DNA of 64,000 nucleotides from an uncultured Gemmatimonadales bacterium (GTDB lineage Bacteria; Gemmatimonadota; Gemmatimonadetes; Palauibacterales; Palauibacteraceae): NCBI GenBank assembly GCA_963807645.1, contig CAWECO010000009.1, positions 131 to 64,130 of the forward strand, read 5' to 3'. Shown piece by piece: positions 1 to 8,751 of this stretch (position 1 is its first letter; each line of letters starts with the position of its first letter). The notes under the pieces were generated by a model. It saw only the letters and a program-made list of their open reading frames with translations, ran no database searches and was not told where the DNA came from. The position numbers and the translations under genes were made by a program.

Positions 1-202
1 GCGACACCCACTGACATGGACAGCAGCATGGCCATGGCAATCGGCCGGCGAGGAGGGTGCTCCATAATCCCGCGATCTCCTTGCGTGCTAGGCGCGGGCC
101 CGCCGGTCAGTGCCCGAGCAGTTCCTATTGGAGGCAGTGAGCCGTGCGGCCGTAAGGTTTGTCTCGTGGGAAGTATCCCTCAGAGAAGGGGGATCGGAGG
201 CG

Positions 203-843
203 TTGGTACGACGTCTCCTGCGTGTTGTCGTGGTTCTATGCTGGGTGGTCGGAGTGGCGTTGGTCGCAACCTCCGTTCTGCTCGTGCGTCAAAACCGCGA
301 CTTGGCTGCGCGACTTGAAGCCTACTATAGCTCGATCGAGCTTCCACAGGGTGCGCGCGTGCCGCCTCTAGTTGGCATCGACCGAAATGGACAAGAACTG
401 TTCATCGACTCTGCCGAGGAGGAAGATCCCGTCCTGGTGTTGGTGTTCTCCCCTACGTGTGCCGCCTGCGACGAGAACTGGCCGTCGTGGTATCCGCTGG
501 TGGTACTCCAGCGCGAGGAATGCCAGAGCAGCGTCGTGGCAATGGATATCTCTGGCGACGTTCGCGACGACTACCTCCAGACTCATCGCATAGACACCAT
601 CCGGTGATGGACGTCGTCTCAGAAGAAAGCGAACTCGCATACCGATTCCGGTTTACGCCGCAAACTCTCATCCTACACCAAGGCCAAGTTGCGGCCGGCT
701 GGATCGGTGGGCTGACCCGAGAGAATGTCGAGCATGCTGAGAGAATCCTGGCTGGTACTTGGCGCATGGACGGAGGCAATGCTCCAAACAGGAAGTGGTC
801 GAGTGCCAACCAAGTGACCGGCGACCTCGGTACCTCAACGTGA
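203..843 (+). CDS. Membrane-anchored thioredoxin-like (TlpA/redoxin) protein, frameshifted near 603
   Basis: ORF 110..607 has an N-terminal TM helix and VLVFSPTCAAC (CxxC). It continues in frame 457..843 with the cis-Pro motif FTPQTLIL. Start codon uncertain (TTG 203). Confidence 0.75.
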
Positions 844-967
844 GCGAACACGAGGCATGCGCGGACTTTGTTAGCCAGTGAAGCCCGGCCCCCATGTCGA
901 GGGCGAATGGACGAACTGGACGCTTGGATCAGGGGCCCCAAGGGTCTGCATTCGATCGGAGGCGGGA

Positions 968-1169
968 ATGTCCAATGTGAAGAGGCGACTGACGTTCGGC
1001 TCAGGGTTGCTGGCTGCAATGGTGTTCGCACTCGGCATGTCCGTAACGTCGGTACGTGTCCGGAGCTGACACACTCTGTGGCGAAAGCTGCTTCTGGCAC
1101 AATCACTGTTTCGGAGTCTGCGACACCTGTAACACCTTCGCCCGAGAGTGCGAGGGTTGGCAGGAATGA
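968..1169 (+). CDS. Small secreted 6-Cys peptide (knottin-like), one frameshift at ~1047-1066
   Basis: GGAGG RBS at 958-962 and ATG 968. The signal peptide MSNVKRRLTFGSGLLAAMVFALGMSVTSV is followed in the +1 frame by VSGA-DTLCGESCFWHNHCFGVCDTCNTFARECEGWQE* (TGA 1167-1169). Confidence 0.7.
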
Positions 1170-1175
1170 GCGCAA

Positions 1176-1209
1176 GGTGGCGTCTCTAACGGATCGTAGA
1201 GACGCCACC
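1176..1209 (+). terminator. 13-bp perfect hairpin after the peptide gene (terminator or mRNA stabiliser)
   Basis: ggtggcgtctcta (1176-1188) pairs with tagagacgccacc (1197-1209). No U-tract. Confidence 0.6.
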
Positions 1210-1396
1210 CACTGAGCCGCAATCATGTTCAGGTAGGCGGTCACAGGTTGCTCTCGTCAACCAACCACAGCAGCGGTCTCTCTCCGTAGCAGGCGACCGC
1301 TTCACGCCGCGACAGGGGAAGGACAAGTTCACCCAGCAACCACTGCATTGGCCAATGGTAACGCAAGTGAGAACCAGAGGAAGAGGAGCACGGTTG

Positions 1397-2572
1397 ATGA
1401 AGCCGGGATTCCTGTTGGGGTCGTTGGCTGTCTTCGCCGCTGCAGGCTGCTCAGAAACGACACTCGAGCAGTATTCGAACGCGAGGGTCGATACCGTCGC
1501 CGGCGGACGTGTTTACGTTGCCAACACAGGTGCGCCGGCCTGGACTTCGGAGACTGCTTGGAAGCTCGAGGAGGACTTGAGGCTGGGCGCGGCACAGAGC
1601 GAAGGAAACGAAGCGGAGTGGTTCGCAAGGATTATGTCTCTAACCACGGACTCCCGCGGTAGAATCTACGTCCTCGACTACCCGTCTGGAGTCTCTGTCT
1701 TTCATCCAACCGGTGCATTCTCACACTCGATTGGCAGCAATGGACGCGGTCCTGGGGAGTTCGCCGGGGCGGTTGATCTTACAGTTGGACCAGGTGATAC
1801 GCTGTGGGTGACGAGATCCGCCAACTGGTCGATACTCTCTGTTCGCTCCGGACGGGACGTTCGCGAGAATCCAGCGTATGTATGCGAACGGATATGATAT
1901 CAATGGAACGGTGCTGAACGACGGAAGCTTTGTGGACTGGAACGTGGCCCTTCCAGAGGGTGCGGCCCGCGTCACCCTGCAGCCGGTTCGGTCACGTCAC
2001 ACCTTCGACCGAGTGGACTCACTCCACCCCTTGAGTTCACGCGGACTTCTGAAATCAGACGGAACGCCACAGCCGTTCTTCAGCGGCATGCTCACAGGTG
2101 CCGTTGACCGCAACGGTAGCCCTGGTTCGCTCATACCAGAGTTGCCGTCTACCGGCGGAATCTGCTCGGAGACACGACCCTCGTCTGCAGCCTTCCTGCA
2201 GAGGCTGGACCCGTAGGAGACGCCGAGAGAGACAAGCTCCAGGAGCTCTTGTTTCGCGCGCCTCCGGAACAACTCGCGGGTCCTTGCGGGGCTTCCTGAC
2301 AACAAACCGATTGTGAGCCGGATAGTTCCAAGAACAATGCAGGCCACTTCTACGTGTTCGCAGACGTGGCTGGAGTACTCGCCGGATCGATTGTCGACGT
2401 GTTTCGAGACAACGGAGTGTACTTAGGCCGCATGACCCTGCCCTCGCCGGTGTCGCTGTTTCCTCCACCGTTGGTAGCCCACGCGACGGCAGATCATCTT
2501 CTTGTCGTAACACCCGACGAACTTAATGTCCCCTATGTATCTCGTCTCAGGGTCGTCCGCAGTGGGGAATAG
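1397..2572 (+). CDS. 6-bladed beta-propeller lipoprotein, several frameshifts
   Basis: Lipobox AAAGC and the motifs DSRGRIYVLD, IGSNGRGPGEF, DVFRDNGVYLG, DELNVPYVSR spread over ORFs 1355..1897, 1878..2216 and 2354..2572. Same family as the genes at 55120 and 56415. Confidence 0.75.
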
Positions 2573-2655
2573 GCAGGTGCGCCTAGCAGGCGCGGCTTTC
2601 CTGCCAGGCTGAAAGTGCCCGAAGGCCCGACCTTACAACCAGGATAGTGGCCACA

Positions 2656-3600
2656 ATGCACTATCAAATCCTCAGCCTCGACGGAGGTGGTATCCGCGGT
2701 GTGTTCAGCGCTGCCGTGTTGGCTGCAATCGAGGAAGATCTCAGCGTAGACATCCGGATCGCTTTGATCTCATCAGCGGTACATCCACGGGCGGCATCAT
2801 CGCGATAGCCCTTGGGCTTGGTCTGCCCCCCGAGATATCCTCGACTTCTATGTCTCCGAGGGCCCGAAGATATTCCGTGACCCTTTCAGATTGCGGCGCA
2901 TATGGCACTGGAGTCACGCCAAGCACAAACCCGCGCAACTGGAACGGTCTCTGCGGAAGGTCTTCGGCGATCGGCCATTTGGGGATAGCGTCAAACGACT
3001 CGTCGTGCCCTCCTACAGCGTTGGCCAGAGCGACGTTCATCTCTTCCGCACGCCGCACTTGCAGAAGCTTGCTCGAGACTACCGCGTTCCGGCTTGGCAG
3101 GTGGCAATGGCAACCTCCGCGGCCCCCACCTTCTTCCCCGTTGCGCGACACGTTGATGGCATTCGCCTCGTCGACGGCGGCGTGTGGGCGAACAACCCAA
3201 CTCTGGTGGCCCTGGCAGAGGCAGTTGGGCAGTTGGATCAAGTCCTAGAAGACATCTCTGTCCTGAACATTGGCACAAGGAATGTCAGGGCTGAAGTCGT
3301 ATCCGAAGCGGCTCAACCGGGGGGGGAAGTGGCAATGGGCCCGACACGCTCATCAACTGATCTTGAATGCTACATCCCTCGGTGTTCAGAAACAGGCGGC
3401 TCTGCTGCTATCGTCGGGCCGCTACCTCAGAGTCAATGCGGTAGCGCCGGATAACGAGGTCTCACTTGATGACGTCCAGACGGTGGAGGACCTGATCGCT
3501 GCCGCGCGCCACCAGAGCCGGAAGGCAATGCCTGCCGTGAGAAAGCTCATCGGGCATCGTGCGGCGGAGTACAAGCCTTGGTACCGCGTTGCGCAGGAGG
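2656..3600 (+). CDS. capV: CBASS patatin-like phospholipase effector (CapV-like), frameshifted
   Basis: ATG 2656 MHYQILSLDGGGIRG, then GTSTG nucleophile elbow, ATSAAPTFFP and DGGVWANNP. Lies directly upstream of a CD-NTase. 3' end uncertain. Confidence 0.85.
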
Positions 3601-4453
3601 ATGCGTCCGAGGAGGAATCGGCCGATCTTCTGCGACTGGTACAGCAGGAGTTGGATATCCCCGAAGACGTGGCGGCTGAGGCAGCATAGAGAATACAACG
3701 GCAGATGCTGGTGGCTTGGCGATGCTGCATCTCCTCTAAGTCCATACAAACCAGATCTGTATCCGCAGGGTTCGTTCAGGTTGGGTACTCCGGTGAGACC
3801 GGTCAGTCACGACGGCGACTTCGACATCGACCTGGTCTGCCGGCTGGACATCGATAAGGAGCAGACGTCCCAGGCGGACTTGAAGAAGATGGTGGGTGAC
3901 CGCCTCAGAGAGGATCCCAAGTTGGTGGCGCGACTGTCTGAAAAGCGTCGTTGTTGGCAGCTGTCTTACCGGCCTCGTTATCACTTGGACGTATTGCCCT
4001 CAATACCGGATGGCCGTGGTCCGGGCACATCTATTCTCATCACGGACAGAAGACCTCCGTTTCTGGCAGTTCAGCAATCCCATTGGCTACGCGGACTGGT
4101 TCTCTGACCGCATGCGGGTCGAATGGAATGAAGCTCGGAGAATTCTCGCTGAGTCGATGCGTGCCAGTATCGAGGATGTGCCCTCGTGGAGGATACGCAC
4201 TCCGCTTCAAAGAGCTGTGCAGCTGCTGAAGCGTCACCGTGACATTCGTTTCGATGACGATCCCGACCTCCGTCCGGTGTCAGTGATCATCACAACACTA
4301 GCGGGTCAAGCGTATCGTCCACGCCCCGACCTGGCCCTGACCGTGTTGGATCTTGCCGAACGGATGCCGGCTCAGGTGGAGCGCCGGAACGGCAAGTGGT
4401 GGGTAGAGAATCCCGCCCAGCCGAAGGAGAAGGGGTCGATTCCGGGAGGGTAG
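3601..4453 (+). CDS. cGAS/DncV-like nucleotidyltransferase (CBASS cyclase), frameshifted and apparently C-terminally truncated
   Basis: Motifs ELDIP, YPQGSFRLGT, DFDIDLVC, HLDVLP, SNPIGYADWF, LQRAVQLLKRHRD, SVIITTL and WVENP across ORFs 3270..3689, 3559..4107 and 3896..4453. Confidence 0.85.
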
Positions 4454-4670
4454 CGACGGCAGCGTCCGCCTGTCTCGGCGCGAACGGACCTTCATCCGTC
4501 AGGCGATTCGGGCCGAGGAGATATTCGCAGGTCTGTCCGACCGTGACGTGAGCACGCTAACCAGTATGGTAGGAGAGGTCCTTATGCGTGAGCGCACAAA
4601 CCTGCCTGCCGCAGCGCGCTTCGACGCCGGCCACGTAATCGACGTGGCCATTGGCGTCTTCGAGGGTTGA
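4428..4670 (+). pseudogene. Start-less coding-like fragment abutting the CD-NTase break
   Basis: Open frame ...FREGSDGSVRLSRRERTFIRQAIRAEEIFAGLSDRDVSTLTSMVGEVLMRERTNLPAAARFDAGHVIDVAIGVFEG*. It looks protein-like but I recognise no family. Confidence 0.35.
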
Positions 4671-4818
4671 TCACGGTCGAGAAGTCCGGGGAGGCGGTTC
4701 CGGAGGTTTGGCAGGCCTCCATAGACCTCAGGGCTCCCGGGTCGCGTCCGCCCAAATGCCTTCCGCATCCTCCATTTGTAGACGCGGAAGGAGCATCAGG
4801 TAGTCAGCAAAGACACCA

Positions 4819-4842
4819 CTGTACATGTTTCTCTACATGTTT
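4819..4842 (+). repeat. 12-bp tandem direct repeat, probable integrase arm-type sites
   Basis: ctgtacatgttt / ctctacatgttt, about 105 bp before the tRNA fragment. Confidence 0.55.
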
Positions 4843-4946
4843 GGACCTGCAACAGGTGCGGAAGCGGCTATAGAGGTTCGCATGGGATGCGGAAGACTAG
4901 CCAGGGTCCCGCATAAAATGCTGAAATCGCAGGACTTACGGCCGAG

Positions 4947-4990
4947 TTTGCAACCAGGAGGTCGTCGGTTCGATTCCGATCGGCTCCACT
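4947..4990 (+). mobile_element. tRNA-Ala(TGC) 3' fragment, attR-like site 1
   Basis: tttgcaaccaggaggtcgtcggttcgattccgatcggctccact contains anticodon loop TGC, T-arm GTCGG-TTCGATT-CCGAT and acceptor strand CGGCTCCA (U70/A73 Ala identity). The 5' half is absent. Confidence 0.9.
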
Positions 4991-4993
4991 TCA

Positions 4994-5020
4994 AGAAAGG
5001 CTCGTAAACCGGGCCTTTCT
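4994..5020 (+). terminator. Rho-independent terminator-like hairpin after tRNA fragment 1
   Basis: agaaaggctcg-taaac-cgggcctttct. Confidence 0.7.
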
Positions 5021-5095
5021 GCTTCCCGATTTCGAGACCAATCACGGATCATCTTGCACGTTTGAACCTGCGTCTCCCACAGCTCTTCTTCCCGG

Positions 5096-6544
5096 TCAGT
5101 CGACCGGCGTTAGACTGATGTAGGCGGGGATAGAGACACTGAGACTGGGCACGTCGAGGATTGCGCTCGCGTAACCGCTCAGGCGACCGTCTTGCAGTCG
5201 CAGCATCAAACGGATTTGATGTTCTGGCGCTCCCTCGGGCGTCAAGCCGGGCACGACACCACTCAACTCCCCACGGAGTTCACCCTTCGTGTTGAGCGTG
5301 ATATTGGTGAGCAGATGGCGCTCGTCGTTCGCGATGCGGACGATTACCTGCTCCTCTACCTCAAGCTCCATGGGCACGGATCCGCACGGCGTGCCGATCG
5401 TACCTCTCCACCGTCCTGTCCACGCCTCCTCCGGCTCGTACGGGGTGCGAAAGATCTGCGTGTAACGGGCCCGAGACAGCCGTCCGCTCTCACCCGCCGC
5501 GGGCACCAGGAAGTCCCGGATCCGATCGGCGACTTCGTCGGCCAGGCTCGAAGTCTGATTCGTGAGAACCACTATGACCAGGCTCTCAGGGGGTAATACG
5601 ACCAGGTGGGAATTCGCTCCCGCGATTCTGCCGTTCGAGACGTGAGAACGAGCCGTGGTCCACCACCCATTCCTGAAATAGCCCTCGCTGGGATCGCCGC
5701 CCGGGCGTATGGATAGCGATCCAGGTCCATCATGGTTCGATTTGAGGTGTGCGAGGTGGAACATCCCATGACGCAGGACGTCCTCCACGGACGCGTAGAG
5801 TCCCAATCCGCCCTGTGGCATGAGCTGCTCGTTCGGCAGCGGGCTTCCTTCGTTCGTGTAGCGGACGGCGTATGACTCAAGTCGCGTGGAATCCAACCAG
5901 GATGTGCTGTGCGTCATCCGCAGGGGCTTGAAAACCAACTCCTGAAGAGCCCCCTCGAAGTCCCTGCCGGTCTTCGCCTCGATGACTGCCTGGAGCACTC
6001 CGAATGAGTTGTTGGAGTAGTCGAACACCTCGCCCGGCGAAAACGCCACCAGAGAAGGGTATCCCGCGTAGCAGCCGGGGATCGACGTTTTGGAGTCGGA
6101 GAGCGTAACCCAGCCGTGCGGCACCCCCGCCGTGGAAGCGAGCAGGTCGTCGACCCGCACGTCCTCCAGGTACCCGAGAGGATCCCAGGGTCTCACCGCA
6201 GGACCCAGGAGCTCTGCAACTCGGGTCTGGTGGTCGAGCTCGCCTCTTTGCACGAGAGCGAGAGCCGCGGACGCCGTAATCGACTTCGACATCGACCCGA
6301 CAGCGTAGAGAGTCGTGGTCTCCGCGGGGCGCCGCGCTTGACGATCGGCCCACCCAATCGCCTCCAGCCACACGATCTCGCCGTCCCGCGCCACGCCCAA
6401 CGTTAGCGAAGGAGGGCCCCTCTCTGAAATGAGCTCGAAGATCTCTCGGCGTAGCGGAGCCAGCCCCTCGGAGGGAGCGACCACGGTCTGCACCGGAACC
6501 TCCTGACTCAGGAGTGCCAGTATGAGAGTTGCTGTGAAGTTCAT
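5096..6544 (-). CDS. Serine hydrolase, beta-lactamase class C-like family
   Basis: SxxK (GSMSKS), YSN and GGLGLYASVED motifs. ATG at 6544 (MNFTATLILALL). Confidence 0.85.
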   Translation of the reverse strand: MNFTATLILALLSQEVPVQTVVAPSEGLAPLRREIFELISERGPPSLTLGVARDGEIVWLEAIGWADRQARRPAETTTLYAVGSMSKSITASAALALVQRGELDHQTRVAELLGPAVRPWDPLGYLEDVRVDDLLASTAGVPHGWVTLSDSKTSIPGCYAGYPSLVAFSPGEVFDYSNNSFGVLQAVIEAKTGRDFEGALQELVFKPLRMTHSTSWLDSTRLESYAVRYTNEGSPLPNEQLMPQGGLGLYASVEDVLRHGMFHLAHLKSNHDGPGSLSIRPGGDPSEGYFRNGWWTTARSHVSNGRIAGANSHLVVLPPESLVIVVLTNQTSSLADEVADRIRDFLVPAAGESGRLSRARYTQIFRTPYEPEEAWTGRWRGTIGTPCGSVPMELEVEEQVIVRIANDERHLLTNITLNTKGELRGELSGVVPGLTPEGAPEHQIRLMLRLQDGRLSGYASAILDVPSLSVSIPAYISLTPVD

Positions 6545-6639
6545 CGGGGGATTGGACGGCCCGGACACGGAGAAGGTTGGTGGGAGGGCTCCGTCACCCG
6601 GCGCTTCGCTCTCGCCAGGGAGTTCGATGAGCTCCCAAC

Positions 6640-6749
6640 AAACTGTCACAAAAGTGTCCCAGCGCGAGCACGCGTGAACGTGCCTGATCTGGCGCAGAAC
6701 TGACCGAATCTGGCGTCAGCAAGCGCCAGCTGGCGTCAGCTGGCGGATG
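6640..6749 (+). repeat. Arm-type repeat pair plus ~10-bp periodic CTGGCGTCAG-like array (possible RDF/Xis sites)
   Basis: aaactgtcaca/aaagtgtccca at 6640-6661. Then ctggcgcagaa, ctgaccgaat, ctggcgtcag, caagcgccag, ctggcgtcag, ctggcggatg at 6689-6749. Confidence 0.55.
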
Positions 6750-6756
6750 AGGCGTT

Positions 6757-6802
6757 GCTTTGCAACCAGGAGGTCGTCGGTTCGATTCCGATCGGCTCCA
6801 CT
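6757..6802 (+). mobile_element. tRNA-Ala(TGC) 3' fragment, attR-like site 2
   Basis: Identical to 4947-4990 from tttgcaacc to ggctccact. Confidence 0.9.
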
Positions 6803-6813
6803 AACCCACCTTG

Positions 6814-6892
6814 CAGGAGGTCGTCGGTAGTCCTCGCGCTACGCGCTCGGAATGTCTCGCTTCGCTCGACACCGATTCCGATCGGCTCCACT
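6814..6892 (+). mobile_element. tRNA-Ala 3' fragment 3 with 44-nt structured insertion in the T-loop
   Basis: caggaggtcgtcggt[agtcctcgcgctacgcgctcggaatgtctcgcttcgctcgacac]cgattccgatcggctccact. Confidence 0.85.
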
Positions 6893-6897
6893 CAAGA

Positions 6898-6918
6898 AAG
6901 GCCCGTAAATCGGGCCTT
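6898..6918 (+). terminator. Terminator-like hairpin, homolog of 4994-5020
   Basis: aaggcccg-taaat-cgggcctt. Confidence 0.65.
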
Positions 6919-7059
6919 CGTCATTCGCCTGCCTGGCTGGGTCAATCATGGCCGAACGTGGTTGATGCTCCGCATGCTACAGCTGTGACCGCCTCCTGGT
7001 GATCGGTCGCCTCCCCGACGCTTTCGGACCTCAGCCCACCTCTCGGCCCCGGCGGCTGT

Positions 7060-7087
7060 GGAATGAAGTCCCGTTCGCCCCCGTCTA
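7060..7087 (+). promoter_or_regulatory. Possible ECF-sigma promoter
   Basis: GGAAT-N17-CGTCTA upstream of the CotH gene. Confidence 0.35.
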
Positions 7088-7149
7088 TGAGGTGTGCGGG
7101 TGGACTTCGACGACCCGCCGTGGACAACGGGCGATGGAGGCACCTTCTC

Positions 7150-8549
7150 ATGAACAGATCAGGCGCGATGCCATTCATACTGGTGGCGATCGCTTTCTCA
7201 CTTGGAGCCTGTACCGACAGCGACCTCACGGGTCCTACAGACGACGATGCGGCCCCCACCGATACGGCCTTTTCCACGCCGGACTGGACCACGGCCACCC
7301 ACAGCAAGGACGCCGACCCCAACTTCGACGAGGTGTTCGAGGACAACACCGTCAAGCGACTCGACATCGTCATCACCGCGGAACGCTGGCAGACCATGCT
7401 GGCCGACATGACGAATCTGTACGGCGCCTTCGGCTCCGGTGGCGGCGGGGGGCTCATCGATGCCGACGATCCCATCTTCGTTCCGGCCGAGGTCTTCTAC
7501 AACGGCATCCAGTGGTACCGGGTCGGCGTGCGCTTCAAGGGCAACTCCAGCCTGCAGTCATCCTGGGGGCAGGGAATCCTGAAGCTGTCCTTCAAGCTGG
7601 ACTTTCGACGAATTCGAGGACACCTACCCGCAGATCGACAATCAGCGCTTCTACGGCTTCAAGAAGCTGAGCCTGAAGAACAACTTCGACGATCGCTCCA
7701 TGCTGCGGGAGAAGGTGGCCGGCGACGTATTCCGGAACGCCGGCCTGGCGGGTTCCCACACCGCCTTCTACACCGTCTATGTCGACTACGGCGACGGTCC
7801 GGTGTACTTCGGCGTCTACACCATGGTCGAGGAGGTCGATGACACCGTGCTGGACACCCAGTTCGCCGATGACGACGGCAATCTGTACAAGCCCGAGGGA
7901 ACCGGTGCGAGCTTCGCCGAGGGCACGTTCAGCGAAGACGTGTTCGTGAAGAAGACCAACGAGGATGAGGCCGACTGGTCGGACATCCTGAGCCTGTTCG
8001 CGGCTCTGCACGACGACACCAGGACCACGGATCCTGCCGCATGGCGGACGAACCTGGAAGCCGTGTTCGATACCGACGTGTTCCTGAAGTACCTGGCCGT
8101 CAACACGGTGATCCAGAACTGGGACACCTACGGCCGAATGACCCACAACTACTACCTGTACAACGACCCGGACACCGGCCGGTTGACCTGGATCCCCTGG
8201 GACAACAACGAAGCCCTGCAGGAAGGCAAGATGGGAGGCGTCTCTGGCGCTGGATTTCTCGGACCTGACTGCAGGTGCATGGCCTCTGATCGAGTACCTG
8301 TACGCCGATGACATCTACCGAGCCCAGTACGACGCCTACGTCGAAGAGGTGATCGAGGGTGCCTTCGACACGAGTACCATCCAGGCCACCTACTCCGCGT
8401 ATGCTTCGCTGATCGAGCCGTACGCCACGACGGAATCGGGAGGGATACACGTTTCTGAATGGTCCGGAGATTTCTATGGAGCGGTTGCTGATCTCAGTGC
8501 GCATGCTTCTGCGCGGGCTTCGGCAGTCAGCAGCTACCTGTCCCAGTAG
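7150..8549 (+). CDS. CotH kinase family lipoprotein, frameshifted
   Basis: Lipobox SLGAC and the motifs VGVRFKGNSS, KLSFKLDF, GVYTMVEEVD, NWDTY..HNYYLY and WIPWDNN over ORFs 7063, 7700 and 8349. Confidence 0.85.
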
Positions 8550-8678
8550 CAGGGAGTCGTGGAACGCGGGCGGTCGACTTGGCCACCCGCGGCACGGCGG
8601 CGTAGCAGCGCCAGCGGGCGTGAGCGAGCGCGGAGTTGCGGACGTCCCAGCCTTTCATCACATGGAACGGGAACTGCC

Positions 8679-8701
8679 GTGAGACTATATTTCAGTCTCA
8701 C
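8679..8701. promoter_or_regulatory. Palindromic operator (8-7-8)
   Basis: gtgagact-atatttc-agtctcac, 50 bp upstream of ATG 8752. Confidence 0.55.
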
Positions 8702-8751
8702 AATACGAAGCACCGTGCGGAAGCTCCCTGTCAGCCAATTACGGAGGCATC

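Noticed and set aside
4432-4446. ggggtcgattccggg as another tRNA fragment at the CD-NTase break
   Set aside because: Only CGATTCCG matches, which is too short to distinguish from chance.
4947-6892. Functional tRNA-Ala genes
   Set aside because: All copies lack the 5' acceptor strand and D-arm. They are att-type fragments.
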